Assembly: GCA_023381615.1 (NCBI GenBank)
Contig: JAMCQL010000065.1
Span: 15,424 to 79,423 of the forward strand
DNA length: 64,000 nucleotides
Source: Bacteroidota bacterium
Lineage (GTDB): Bacteria > Bacteroidota > Ignavibacteria > Kryptoniales > JAKASW01
Direction of reading: 5' to 3'
Shown: in pieces, positions 20,287-30,825 of the stretch
Position numbering within the stretch: the stretch's first letter is position 1
Layout: every line of letters starts with the position of its first letter
Notes under the pieces: model-generated
Seen by the model: only the letters and a program-made list of their open reading frames with translations
What the model was told of the DNA's origin: nothing
Database searches by the model: none
Program-made: the position numbers and the translations under genes

Positions 20287-21422
20287 TTTGTCCCTTGTAT
20301 CTTAAAGATTGCCTTGATGAACCCAACGAATAGTGCAGCGTTAGCTGAAACGAAATATCCAATGTGTGCAAAAATTGGGATATTCTTATTTAACAATAAC
20401 CCGATGGTGCCAATTAATGCCGCCAAATAGAAGCTTATTTGCATCAACATCGTAAAATATAAAAACCCACCGTGAGAAACGAGAAACAAGTTTGAGAAGA
20501 ATGCCAGAAGAAGAAAATGTGGGACAAACCATCTAAATATTTTGTGAGACCACATGGCATAAGCAACGAAACCACGGGAAGGATTTAGCAACGGCTTTAC
20601 TATCCTTAACGCATTAAAATCTTGAGCACCTATCCTGACCTTCCTCTTGAATTCACTCACGAAGTTTCCCGATTCTTCAAACGCCAATGCGCTTGGCTCA
20701 TAAATGAACTCATATCCTTTTTCAATTATCTTCAAAGGCAACACGAAATCATCGGCGATCGGAAATTTAGTTTCAAAGGGAACGAAGCAACTCTTGCGGA
20801 CTGCATATATACCGCCATTCGCGCCCAAAGCTGCTCCCCTGTTTCCTTCCAGTTCTTTAAGCAAGCTCTCGAACCTCCAGTACAATGACTCCACAGCCGA
20901 GCCCACAGCTATCTTGCTTGACCTAAGCACCAGTCTTCCACAGACTCCACCGACAGATCTGCTCTCGAAATGTTTGACGAGGTTGTTAAGAGCATTATTA
21001 TCAAGCTCCGTGTTAGCATCCGTGAAGAGGAGTATCTCTCCTCCAGCAAGTTCAGCAAGTTCGTTCAACACAGCAACCTTTCCTCGTCTCTCAGGGAAAT
21101 CGTACAACTTGAGTCGTGGAATATTACGACACCTGACTATCTCCGCAGTTCTGTCTTGTGCTCCGTCAACGCCAATCAAGAACTCAATCAAGGTGGTAGG
21201 ATAATTAATTTGTGCAATGTTTGAAATTTTCGCATCGATCTCTTTTTCTTCATTGTAGGCAGATACGAGTATCGAGACTTTTGGCAAATTACCCGCCCAA
21301 ATGGCTTCATCCTGCCTCGCGTTATTTTTGCTCAATAGAATAAGAGACAATGGATAGATCACGTAACTATGAAGAAGCATGAAAAAGCAAATCCAGAAAA
21401 CGGCTTGAAGGACCATTATCAT
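20265..21422 (-). CDS. GT2 glycosyltransferase (membrane-anchored)
   Basis: AYNEE, FTDAN, DDF, RKVRI motifs. Confidence 0.87.
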   Translation of the reverse strand: MIMVLQAVFWICFFMLLHSYVIYPLSLILLSKNNARQDEAIWAGNLPKVSILVSAYNEEKEIDAKISNIAQINYPTTLIEFLIGVDGAQDRTAEIVRCRNIPRLKLYDFPERRGKVAVLNELAELAGGEILLFTDANTELDNNALNNLVKHFESRSVGGVCGRLVLRSSKIAVGSAVESLYWRFESLLKELEGNRGAALGANGGIYAVRKSCFVPFETKFPIADDFVLPLKIIEKGYEFIYEPSALAFEESGNFVSEFKRKVRIGAQDFNALRIVKPLLNPSRGFVAYAMWSHKIFRWFVPHFLLLAFFSNLFLVSHGGFLYFTMLMQISFYLAALIGTIGLLLNKNIPIFAHIGYFVSANAALFVGFIKAIFKIQGTKWEVSRD

Positions 21423-22603
21423 GCAGCACCGATCAATTCTGCATAGAGATCATAGAACTCTTGCCCGATTGCGTCCCATGAATATTTCTCCCCAATCAAA
21501 TTGCGTGCGTTCATCCCGATTCGTGAACATTCGCGGGGAGAATTTAGAAGCCTAACCAGAGCCGCTGCTATGTCATGCGGAGTCTCCGCCAAAACGGCAT
21601 GCTCACCGTCGGCCAAGTCAATTCCTTCAGCTCCTAGCGAAGTAGCAACAACCGTGAATCCTAACGCCATCAATTCAAGCATCTTAATCCGAACCCCGGA
21701 TCCGATTCGGAGTGGGACAACCGCAACTGATGAAAGCTTTCGTAGATCTGTCAAGTCAGGCACGAACCCCACCACGCTAAACCCATCATCAAGGTTACTC
21801 TGCGGGATTCTCTCTGTTTCTTTTCCCGCGACTATAGTCAGAGTTTCAGGCATCATTCTACGAACTTCGGGAAAAATTTCTTCGTGATAGAAACGGAAGC
21901 TGTCCTTATTAGGAGCCCAGGAGTAGTTCGTGAAAAAAAGAATTCGTTTCGGCCGAAATTGAAAATCATAGGTTCCTGAATCCACTTTCACCCCAGCAGG
22001 AATGATTCTAGAACGCATGCGGGGACTGATTCCTCGGAGTTTACTATCATCTTCCCTCGAAATTGGAATCACTATGTCAAAACCCTGAACCGCCCAAGCC
22101 TCATATCGAAGAACTCGTCTGTACTGGATTCCCGCATAGAGGGCGAGCAATGGGTTCTTCGTGAGCAGGGCATACCGATGAATTATCTCGGATTCGAAAT
22201 TGTGTTCTCGGAGAACAGTAGGAATTCCGAAATGCCTCTTGAGTTCAATAGCGTAACGAGCAAGATGAAGATGATCCACATGTATTGCATCGAACCATTC
22301 CTTTTTTACAAGGTCGGATAGCCTCTCAAGCATTTCATTGGAGAAATACTTGGATATGTTGTAAGGTTCCGGACTGAAAAGATTTTTGGCGGCACTCCAA
22401 ATCGTGTTTTCAGTTCGAATGGGCAGTGGGTGGATTGAGACATTTGACGGAAAACCATCAAGATTACCAATATTAAGGCACGGCGCCGCGAGATGCAGTT
22501 TCACTCCACGTTTACTGAGTCCATCAGTTATGGCAAATATGCCCAACTTACTTCCATCATCAAGAGGCCAGGGTATCTTCGGCGCTATCTGGAGAATTTT
22601 CAC
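21419..22603 (-). CDS. GT4 glycosyltransferase
   Basis: Probable GTG start VKILQIAP; PLRIGSGVRIKMLE motif. Confidence 0.85.
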   Translation of the reverse strand: MKILQIAPKIPWPLDDGSKLGIFAITDGLSKRGVKLHLAAPCLNIGNLDGFPSNVSIHPLPIRTENTIWSAAKNLFSPEPYNISKYFSNEMLERLSDLVKKEWFDAIHVDHLHLARYAIELKRHFGIPTVLREHNFESEIIHRYALLTKNPLLALYAGIQYRRVLRYEAWAVQGFDIVIPISREDDSKLRGISPRMRSRIIPAGVKVDSGTYDFQFRPKRILFFTNYSWAPNKDSFRFYHEEIFPEVRRMMPETLTIVAGKETERIPQSNLDDGFSVVGFVPDLTDLRKLSSVAVVPLRIGSGVRIKMLELMALGFTVVATSLGAEGIDLADGEHAVLAETPHDIAAALVRLLNSPRECSRIGMNARNLIGEKYSWDAIGQEFYDLYAELIGAA

Positions 22604-22622
22604 AAATAACCCACAGTTTCTG

Positions 22623-23798
22623 TCATAGAAGATCCCAGTTCGTTTCGAAAATCTTCTGTAGTCCAACATAGAACATACGCGCTTTGAATCTCGACAGTCC
22701 CGCTTGCAGCTCATTCAGAACCTTTGTTCTGCTTTCGTCATCTCGCGAGAGCTGAACTACCTTTCTAACAAGGTCTTCATTCGTAATATACCGAAGCATC
22801 GAAGGAGAGACAATTTCTCTGGCTCCCCCTGAATCATGTACGAAAGTCAGGCAGCCAGATCCTGCCGCTTCAAGTATAGATATTCCAAAGTGTTCGTACA
22901 TCTTCGAGTGAATGTAAAATTTGCTTGTGCGAAGTATCTGGAAAAGTAATGCTTCGTTGGCATCACTTAAGATCTCAAGCTGCAAATCGTGTGACATCGC
23001 TCGTTTCCAGAGATCTCTCAGCAACTCGGGGTCGCCGCTCTTTCCTATTATGGTGAATTTCGCTTCAGGAAATACTCGCGCCAGCATCCCGAAGGTATCA
23101 ATCAAATTGAAGTAGTTCTTATCCCTTGCGATTCTGCCGATGGATACGAAGCGAAGGCTTCTTTGTTCCCAGGTCTCGCCCGTGTCATTTTCTCCGTCCG
23201 GTATGAACCCAGGATAAAGTACAATACCTTCGATTCCGTATGCCTCCTGCACGACGTTCCTCATAAAGATGGAGTTGACGGCTGTAACATTGAGTGCAAA
23301 TCCTTCCTGTCGCTCATTTGCCACAGTGAACCGAACCTTTTCGTAAATCCTCCTGGCAACTCCCAGATAATCCACAATACTACGTTTACCAACCATGCCA
23401 AATCGGTTCAGCAACTTTCGATCTGCAAAAGACGGATGGTGAATGTACTGAAAACCCTTTCTCCCAAAGTCGAGTTCATTGTATGTGCTCACACATATAT
23501 CGAATTCAGATGAGATCCTCTTTGCCTCCCTGTGTAGGTATGCAAGTTTGAGCAATTCTAACTTCCCCCCTTGCTTCAAAACAAAAGTCGGACAAAACGC
23601 AGTTCGATTATGAACTCGATCGGTGCATATCGGAATATTGGTATCTCGAGCAATCTTTTTCCAATCGACCGGCAGTAGCGTAAGAAGAAAAATCTCCACA
23701 TTTATCCTGTGCGACAAGAAGTTAAGAATATGAAGAGCAACCATTTCGGCACCTCCTATCACATCGAACCGGGGATGTACAAGAAGAATTCTCTTCAT
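22623..23798 (-). CDS. GT4 glycosyltransferase
   Basis: GGAE N-terminal motif, EHFGISILEA, HDSGG. Confidence 0.85.
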   Translation of the reverse strand: MKRILLVHPRFDVIGGAEMVALHILNFLSHRINVEIFLLTLLPVDWKKIARDTNIPICTDRVHNRTAFCPTFVLKQGGKLELLKLAYLHREAKRISSEFDICVSTYNELDFGRKGFQYIHHPSFADRKLLNRFGMVGKRSIVDYLGVARRIYEKVRFTVANERQEGFALNVTAVNSIFMRNVVQEAYGIEGIVLYPGFIPDGENDTGETWEQRSLRFVSIGRIARDKNYFNLIDTFGMLARVFPEAKFTIIGKSGDPELLRDLWKRAMSHDLQLEILSDANEALLFQILRTSKFYIHSKMYEHFGISILEAAGSGCLTFVHDSGGAREIVSPSMLRYITNEDLVRKVVQLSRDDESRTKVLNELQAGLSRFKARMFYVGLQKIFETNWDLL

Positions 23799-24526
23799 TT
23801 CTTACAGACAAAGATAAGATTCTCGCCAAGCAACCACGGCAAGCCGCCAAAGATGTAGGAAACACTTATGTTAAAGGGAACCAAAATCGACTTCTGCAGA
23901 ATGACAGGTAATCTGCTTGAGTAAGGAATATCCCAAAGAGTATCAGTTGCAACCCTCGAGATCTCGAAGCCACGCCCCCTGAACAGTCTTTCCCATTCTT
24001 CCCGATCAAGTAGGCTCACGTGGGTGGGATCTTTATACATTGAAGGCACCGACTTTCCAGTGGGTGATTTTAACCTGTTTCCCAATGACTTCACATTTGG
24101 AGTGGTAGCTATAAGCCGCCCATTGTTACGCAAGACTCGGTAAATCTCTGATATTGAAGACCCCGGATCTGAGATATGCTCCAGCAGATCGAAGGCAACA
24201 ACAGTGTCAACGCTTTGTGACTGGAATGGCAACTTCAGAGCATTCCCCTGTATAAGATTTATAGCAGGATCCTTCGAACGAGCAACTTGAAGCGGAAATA
24301 GGGCAATATCGATCCCGATGTAGTGGTGCGCCCGTGATGCAACTTTCGCGAAGTAGCCGAGGCCGCAGCCAAGCTCGAGAACACAGCAATTGCCGGGATA
24401 ATGACGATTTATATAACGCAACCAATAACCGTATTGATGCCAGCGTTCTCCTCGTTCTCGTTTCAGAAAGTGCCCCTTTGATCTATAGTCATTGTAATAG
24501 TCTCCCGAGTATAACCCTTTGTTCAA
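23795..24526 (-). CDS. Class I SAM-dependent methyltransferase
   Basis: VLELGCGLG, LPF...D, LLEHI, TPN. Confidence 0.88.
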   Translation of the reverse strand: MNKGLYSGDYYNDYRSKGHFLKRERGERWHQYGYWLRYINRHYPGNCCVLELGCGLGYFAKVASRAHHYIGIDIALFPLQVARSKDPAINLIQGNALKLPFQSQSVDTVVAFDLLEHISDPGSSISEIYRVLRNNGRLIATTPNVKSLGNRLKSPTGKSVPSMYKDPTHVSLLDREEWERLFRGRGFEISRVATDTLWDIPYSSRLPVILQKSILVPFNISVSYIFGGLPWLLGENLIFVCKK

Positions 24527-25662
24527 CGAATCAACTCCATCAGCAGTCCATACATCACTTCAGCAAATTTTTCTGCTGAGAATTCTTTCGAACGCGTAAA
24601 CCCTTTTTCTGATAAGTGATCCCTCAAAGTCAGATCACACCTGAGCTTCTCTATTGCCTTGGCAAGAGATTTCTCATCCCCTTCGTGGAATACAAGCCCA
24701 CTGTCTCCAATAATTTCTGGAATCGCCCCCGAATCAGAGCCTATCACCGGAACACCACATGACATTCCTTCGATCAAGACTCTGCCATATTGCTCTTTCC
24801 ATTGCGGGGCCGTGCGCGAAGGAAGTACAAGCGCGTTCATAACCGCCAAGTAGGCTGGTATTTGTGCCGTTGGGACTGATGGTACGAATTCTACCCGTTC
24901 TGCAAGATCAAGTTCGTGTGCCATGTTCTTCAATAACTTTTCTTCCGGACCACTCCCCACTACGAGCAACTTAACCGACTCTTGCAATCCGCAAAGCGCT
25001 CGCAGAAGTGTATCAACGCCCTTCATTTTTAACAAACGACCAACGTATCCGACAATGAAGTCCTTTCCAAAAGAAAATTTCACGCTCGGGTGGGACTGTG
25101 ATGGAGATCTCCTGAACGTCTCTAGGTCAATCCCAAAATAGACCTTCCTAACAGGTGTTGCAAATGATTTTTCCATGAAATCTCGGGCTTCTTCGTTCGC
25201 AGCAAGGACTAAACTTGCCCTTGGAACGGTAAATTTCAATATTGAGGAGTACAATTTTCTGGGTCGATAAGCATAACGGGTACCTTTGCTTAAATTATCC
25301 CACGTGTAAAAAACTATATGTGTTTTGAGAGAGTAAAATCTTGCAAGAATTGTCGTCTGCAGACCAAACAGGCTGAATGGTTCTTCAAAAGCCACTACAA
25401 CATCCGGCCTGAAAAGTCGCAGCTCCTTTCCGAGCCCTTCCAAATAAAAAGCCCGGTTTTCGAAGCCTGGCCAGAATGTTCGCAACGGAGCTATCGAAAA
25501 CTTTGCGACACGGCTTGGGTGAAACTCCAAGATCCTGAAGTTCTCCACCCACTTGGATGGTGTCACCGCCTTAAGCTCTATCCCATCTTTCATTGCCAAG
25601 AGATTCCACTTCTTAAGATTAACCGGATCGACCAGATTCTTGTCTATCAATAGAACTCTCAT
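24523..25662 (-). CDS. GT4 glycosyltransferase
   Basis: GYVGRL..KG, WKEQYGRVLIEGM, SDSGAIPE. Confidence 0.88.
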   Translation of the reverse strand: MRVLLIDKNLVDPVNLKKWNLLAMKDGIELKAVTPSKWVENFRILEFHPSRVAKFSIAPLRTFWPGFENRAFYLEGLGKELRLFRPDVVVAFEEPFSLFGLQTTILARFYSLKTHIVFYTWDNLSKGTRYAYRPRKLYSSILKFTVPRASLVLAANEEARDFMEKSFATPVRKVYFGIDLETFRRSPSQSHPSVKFSFGKDFIVGYVGRLLKMKGVDTLLRALCGLQESVKLLVVGSGPEEKLLKNMAHELDLAERVEFVPSVPTAQIPAYLAVMNALVLPSRTAPQWKEQYGRVLIEGMSCGVPVIGSDSGAIPEIIGDSGLVFHEGDEKSLAKAIEKLRCDLTLRDHLSEKGFTRSKEFSAEKFAEVMYGLLMELIR

Positions 25663-27083
25663 CTTGTGTGTGCTAACCTCTTCAAATCATCAAACGTTAC
25701 TAGCCTGAGTAAAAAATACCCTGTCAGCATCATAACTAACACGGCGACAATCTGTACCGTAAAACTTAGTTTTCCAACTGAAGTAAGCAACAGAGCCCAT
25801 CCTAGCAAAGCAGGAACAAACGCTCGATAAAGCACTCTTATAAGACTCCTCCAAGGAATATAGTCACGAACGATGCCAAGGTTAAAAATTACCAACAGGG
25901 CCTCAGTTAATAGCGTCGTTACCGCTGCTCCTTCCCCACCCCACGCCTTGATCAAGACATAATTCAACAAAAGGTTCATGAGTGTGACAACGAGGACAAA
26001 TATGTTGGATTTGGCCTGGCGTCCTAACGCGGCAACCAGAGTGCCCGCTACGAAATTCAGACTTATCGGAATCATCGTCAGCGCTAACACGCCGACAAAA
26101 GTAGTCGCTAGTTTGTACCCAGTTCCAAACAGAAGCAATGTAAGCTGATCTCTGAAGAGATAAATGGGGAATGAAATTGACACAGATATAACCAAAAGCG
26201 CACGCGCCGCATCGAGCAAAACAGACCTGACCGCATCGACATCCTCCCTATTTCTAGAAATCACTGGATAGAGTGGGGCAATAATTATCGTCGGGAAAAG
26301 CATGAATGATTCTACCAATCTGTAGCCTGCATTGTAATAGCCGACAATTTCCTCGCGGCCGGTTAGCGCGCCTATCATAAGAGTGCCGGATCTGAAGTAA
26401 ATAATTGTGAATATGTTCAAAACAGCAAAGGGGAGCGCAGGCTTGAGCACTCTCGACCACATGTATGACACGCTCGGCCGAAGGCTAGGGATACCAACTT
26501 TTGAAAGTACCAGCATGAATGTTATCAAACCCGTCAAGCAATAAGCGAGCAAATAACCAGCCATGAAAGCCCTAACTCCCATGTGTGCCAAAAGAACAGC
26601 TCCGCAAAGAACTATGACGGATAGCTTCTCCATGACTATTGAAATAGCTTCGTACTTCATCACTTCGAACGCTCTAAACACAGATCTGAAGTGGAGCAAT
26701 AGTGTATTGAAGACACTGTAAGCAGAAGCTAGAATTACTAACACTATCATTTCCCATTGCATCCGAAGGATGAAAGAAACCACGATTGCAGCCGATCCCG
26801 CAAGAACTCCTGCGGCCAGCTTCAAGACAGCCGTGTGTCCGAAGAATGTCTCGTATTTCTCCGGCTCACTAGACAATTCTCTGATTGTGAGAATATCTAC
26901 TCCCCCCTCAAAGATCACGGAAGCAACCGATGCAAATGAAATTGCCAGCATGTATTTCCCAAAATCGTCTGCCCCTAAAACACGAACAGTGAGCAACAAG
27001 AAGAGAAACCATATCGGCTTCACCAAAATGTTTCCCAGAGCAAGCCACCCAATGTTTTTTGTAATGTTTTGACGTTCCGGCAT
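25659..27083 (-). CDS. Wzx-type polysaccharide flippase
   Basis: Many TM segments, LGADDFGKY and VGYYNAGYRL repeats. Confidence 0.87.
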   Translation of the reverse strand: MPERQNITKNIGWLALGNILVKPIWFLFLLLTVRVLGADDFGKYMLAISFASVASVIFEGGVDILTIRELSSEPEKYETFFGHTAVLKLAAGVLAGSAAIVVSFILRMQWEMIVLVILASAYSVFNTLLLHFRSVFRAFEVMKYEAISIVMEKLSVIVLCGAVLLAHMGVRAFMAGYLLAYCLTGLITFMLVLSKVGIPSLRPSVSYMWSRVLKPALPFAVLNIFTIIYFRSGTLMIGALTGREEIVGYYNAGYRLVESFMLFPTIIIAPLYPVISRNREDVDAVRSVLLDAARALLVISVSISFPIYLFRDQLTLLLFGTGYKLATTFVGVLALTMIPISLNFVAGTLVAALGRQAKSNIFVLVVTLMNLLLNYVLIKAWGGEGAAVTTLLTEALLVIFNLGIVRDYIPWRSLIRVLYRAFVPALLGWALLLTSVGKLSFTVQIVAVLVMMLTGYFLLRLVTFDDLKRLAHTR

Positions 27084-28372
27084 CAGCTAATCTTTTTCGA
27101 CAACAACGAATCGCCTATCCCCCAAGTAATAGAGAGAATCAGAAGAGACCCTCTGTCATAGAACTGCGGGGAGGTGACGCTAATGAAAAGCATCATAAGC
27201 GAGATCAAGAGAATTGCTGAAACGAATGGATTTTTATCAGTGAACGAGGTACCTCGCCACAACCTGGCGAGTGTCACAACTCTTTTCATGTACATAGAAA
27301 TGAAAAGGACAAACCCTACTATTCCGAACTTGAACAGCAAGAAGAGGTAGCCGTTATGTATGTACCAAGTTCGGATATCAAGATGGGTTATAACGTCAAA
27401 ATAGGAAAACAACGACCCTAGTCCATAGCCGATAACGGGACTTAATGAAACCTTCTGCAAAACGGCTTCCGACTCCACAAGTCTGGAGTGCAATGTGAGT
27501 GCATTTGTTGATATTGAAGTCAACCGCTCAGCCAAACCGGTGAGAAAAGAACCAAGAATCTGCGGCAGAACAACGACGTCAACTACCGCAGCAAAGAGCA
27601 CCCCCACTGCGGTCAATCTCATCATGCGTCGGCGAGCCTGGCCTTTCAAAAAAAATAGAAGTCCAAGCAGTCCAAGGGCGGTTGTTATCCAGTAACCTCT
27701 GGAGAAGGTAATTGCTAGGGCAAGCATCTCAAGTGCGAGAAGAGGTAAGAGAATAGTCTTCGAGTAACGGTTTCCAACTACGAACGCAAACAAGATGATG
27801 ATAGAGCTCATATACAGGCTCTCTTCCTTACCTTGTCTATTCTCCACGACTTGCCAGAGGTATTTTGCTGCCAATAGGTCAAGTCGATAGCGCGTTATTA
27901 TTACCAGTCCAACAGCCGCAGACATCAGAAGCAGTGCCCATATCATTAGAGCTCTGCCGTTTTTTTTCTCAGCTTCCTTTCTTACCGGAAATATTAAAAG
28001 CAACGGGACGAAAAGAAGGAATTCTCTGATCCCCTTCTCAAGAGAAAACCCCTGAGATGCAGAGACAAAAATCCCTAATAAAGCGTAGACTAGAAACGCT
28101 ATCAGTATTATATCCTCCCAACCCTTTACAAAAATTTCGTGTGCATAGAGTCTCTTGGCAAACCAAAGAAGCAACCCGGGAAAAAATATCGCAGAGAAAA
28201 TTATCTCGGTAATTCCTATCGGAGGATTTTCTCCGGAGCCAGCACTCACACGAAGAAAAAGTAGAAGGTGGCTCACTATCGACACTAGCAGCCACCTCTC
28301 ATCATCCGCCAGGATATAGATATACAGCGCTAACCCTAAAACAGCACCTGCGATTATAGGGATGAGATACAT
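27083..28372 (-). CDS. O-antigen ligase / Wzy-like polymerase
   Basis: Multi-TM, TFSRG, GYGLG, HNGYL. Confidence 0.82.
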   Translation of the reverse strand: MYLIPIIAGAVLGLALYIYILADDERWLLVSIVSHLLLFLRVSAGSGENPPIGITEIIFSAIFFPGLLLWFAKRLYAHEIFVKGWEDIILIAFLVYALLGIFVSASQGFSLEKGIREFLLFVPLLLIFPVRKEAEKKNGRALMIWALLLMSAAVGLVIITRYRLDLLAAKYLWQVVENRQGKEESLYMSSIIILFAFVVGNRYSKTILLPLLALEMLALAITFSRGYWITTALGLLGLLFFLKGQARRRMMRLTAVGVLFAAVVDVVVLPQILGSFLTGLAERLTSISTNALTLHSRLVESEAVLQKVSLSPVIGYGLGSLFSYFDVITHLDIRTWYIHNGYLFLLFKFGIVGFVLFISMYMKRVVTLARLWRGTSFTDKNPFVSAILLISLMMLFISVTSPQFYDRGSLLILSITWGIGDSLLSKKIS

Positions 28373-28402
28373 CGGAGACGAAATGATGACAATAGCATTT
28401 CC

Positions 28403-29629
28403 TTACTGCCGAGGCCCAAAGTGACGTCTAACTCCTGCAGCTAGCTTTTGGTATTTATCTCGAATTGTACCTTCTACATTTGGCTGAGTCAATCCAGCAT
28501 TGACGAATGTGACAAAAAAGATAGATAAAGCTACACCAAGCACAAGCGACGAAAGGATTATCAAAGCCCGCAGTGGACGAGTTTTCTTCTCCGGTGGCAC
28601 AGCACGATCTAGAACGAGTACAGTCGGAGTCTCCTTGGCTTCCTCCAGCTTAGCCTGTTCATACAGAGGATAGACGATTTCCAGTAGCTTTGATTGTATC
28701 TCAATATCCCTATATAGGTCAAGATACTCCATTGCTCTGCCCGGCACTTCCTTGAAGGGCAACAACACACCAGAATTGTCCCCTCCGAGCATATCCTTTC
28801 CTGATCTCAAATCATTTATCTTTTGCCTGAGAGCCTCAATCTGCTGGTTCAATGTTTGTATCTCTGGGGAAGCGGCGCCGAGCTGTTTCTCAAGCACCGA
28901 AAGCTTGACTTGCGCAAGAATCATCTGTGACTCAAGTTCAGCGCCCGCGGCAACGGAGGCTTTAGCCTGCTCGGGCAGCGAGAAAACACCGTACCTCTGC
29001 TGGAATATCTTCATACTATCCTCAGCAACTTCCAAATCGCTCACATTTTTCAAATAGCGATTCTCGATGACAATCCTAAGATTTCTGGCATCTTCGGATG
29101 ACAAGTTGCCGTTAATTCCATTTAGGATATCGACAAAGTAGTTCGCCATTGCAGCTGCCCGGACCGGACTTCTATCGTAGACTTTCACGACGACTTCACT
29201 ATACTTGTCTATTTCAAAATCCGAGTTCTCACGGAGGCGTGCTATCGCTTTATCCACCGAAGAATCACTTATTGAGTATACCTTCAATAAATCGAACTTC
29301 CTTACAACTCTCTCCATTGCATCGCGGCTATTTAGTATTGCCAGATAATTGAAGCCAGTTCCAATCTGACCTTCGGTCCCACCCACCAGTGGAGCAAATT
29401 GTTTAGCCAAGCTCGAAACAGTCGACCCCACACCCAAACCTGCCAGCAAGCCGCTCTTTTGGGACGGTAATACGGATGCCCTTCCTTCATATTCTTTTGG
29501 CAGGATAAATGCCAGAACGATTCCGAGAACTACAAAGACGGCTGTGACTATCGCTATGAATTTTCTCCAAGAGTAACACAATTCTAGGAACTCCCAGGCA
29601 ATAGAGGTTTTCGGTTGAACTTCACTCAC
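28403..29629 (-). CDS. Wzz/GumC-type chain-length determinant
   Basis: Two TM segments flanking a coiled coil; VLDRAVPPEKK..P motif. Confidence 0.85.
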   Translation of the reverse strand: MSEVQPKTSIAWEFLELCYSWRKFIAIVTAVFVVLGIVLAFILPKEYEGRASVLPSQKSGLLAGLGVGSTVSSLAKQFAPLVGGTEGQIGTGFNYLAILNSRDAMERVVRKFDLLKVYSISDSSVDKAIARLRENSDFEIDKYSEVVVKVYDRSPVRAAAMANYFVDILNGINGNLSSEDARNLRIVIENRYLKNVSDLEVAEDSMKIFQQRYGVFSLPEQAKASVAAGAELESQMILAQVKLSVLEKQLGAASPEIQTLNQQIEALRQKINDLRSGKDMLGGDNSGVLLPFKEVPGRAMEYLDLYRDIEIQSKLLEIVYPLYEQAKLEEAKETPTVLVLDRAVPPEKKTRPLRALIILSSLVLGVALSIFFVTFVNAGLTQPNVEGTIRDKYQKLAAGVRRHFGPRQ

Positions 29630-30825
29630 GGATTAAGCTCCTCAGTATTTTTCTGACTAACCACAAACGGATGCTCTTCAAAAGAATTATGCAGCACTTC
29701 CGCTATTCTTTCCGCCGCCTTCCCATCCCACAGCTCAGGCACGGAACTCTTCTTCCACTTCCCTGCGTAACATTCTTCGGCAAGCGACACGACTTTGTTT
29801 ACCGACAAACCAGCTAAGACGTTTGTCCCAACTTCGATCGTCACCGGACGCTCGGTATTCTCACGCATTGTTATACACGGCACATTCAAAAAAGTGCTTT
29901 CCTCCTGTATACCGCCGGAATCTGTCAGGATAATTCGCGCGTCCATCATCAAGTTTAAGAAATCTAAATAGCCAAGCGGATCTACCAGCACAAGGTTTTT
30001 CACTCCGGCAAATTGTGATGAAAGTCCGAATTCTTCAATGCGCTTCCTCGTCCGCGGATGAATTGGGAAAACTATTTTCCCGAGCCCCTCAATGCCTTTG
30101 AAAATCTTCAGAATTGTCTCCATGTTTTTCTTTTCATCGACATTGCTCGGCCTGTGTAAAGTAACAAGAGTATAACTGCGAGGAGAAACCTCCGATTGCT
30201 GACCGCTGATAGCTGTCGAAGATCCCGTTTGCGGGAATAGCTGATAGCTGATAGCCGATTTCTTCGCTTTCTCGCGATACATCATAAGCGAATCGATCAT
30301 CACATCGCCAACGAGGAAGATTTTCTTTTCGCTTATTCCTTCATGCTTCAGATTTACGACGCCGCTCTCTTCTGTGACAAACAGAAAGTCACTCAGAACA
30401 TCCGTGACCATTCTGTTGATCTCTTCCGGCATCGTTCTGTCAAAGCTACGAAGCCCGGCTTCCACATGCGCAACAGGAATCAATAGCTTGGAGGCGGTTA
30501 AGCTGCAAGCAACCGTCGAGTTGACGTCACCGACGACTATAATCAGATCTGGTCTTTCTTTCGCCAAAACCTTTTCAAACTCAACCATTACTTTGGCAGT
30601 CTGTTCGGCATGTGTGCCAGAACCGACACCAAGATAAACGTCCGGCTTGGGAAGCTCCAAGTCGTCGAAGAAGACTTTCGACATGTTATTGTCGTAATGC
30701 TGTCCGGTGTGAACAATCAGATGCTCTATTGATTCAATTTTTGAGAACGCTCGATGAAGAGGAGCGACTTTCATGAAGTTTGGACGTGCGCCGACAACAC
30801 TGATGAATTTGAGTTTTCGATTCAC
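29626..30825 (-). CDS. wecB: UDP-N-acetylglucosamine 2-epimerase (non-hydrolysing)
   Basis: GARPNFMK, HVEAGLRS, TLHRPSNVD, TDSGGIQEE. Confidence 0.95.
   Translation of the reverse strand: MNRKLKFISVVGARPNFMKVAPLHRAFSKIESIEHLIVHTGQHYDNNMSKVFFDDLELPKPDVYLGVGSGTHAEQTAKVMVEFEKVLAKERPDLIIVVGDVNSTVACSLTASKLLIPVAHVEAGLRSFDRTMPEEINRMVTDVLSDFLFVTEESGVVNLKHEGISEKKIFLVGDVMIDSLMMYREKAKKSAISYQLFPQTGSSTAISGQQSEVSPRSYTLVTLHRPSNVDEKKNMETILKIFKGIEGLGKIVFPIHPRTRKRIEEFGLSSQFAGVKNLVLVDPLGYLDFLNLMMDARIILTDSGGIQEESTFLNVPCITMRENTERPVTIEVGTNVLAGLSVNKVVSLAEECYAGKWKKSSVPELWDGKAAERIAEVLHNSFEEHPFVVSQKNTEELNP
30192..30259. repeat. GCTGATA heptamer tract inside wecB, interrupted by a 21-bp hairpin element
   Basis: GCTGACC GCTGATA GCTG[TCGAAGATCCCGTTTGCGGGA]ATA GCTGATA GCTGATA GCCGAT. 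Confidence 0.8.

Noticed and set aside
24261-24278. GCAGGATCCTTCGAA in the methyltransferase, resembling the 18-mer core
   Set aside because: Lacks both TCC/GGA outer ends and the protein spacing looks normal; likely chance.
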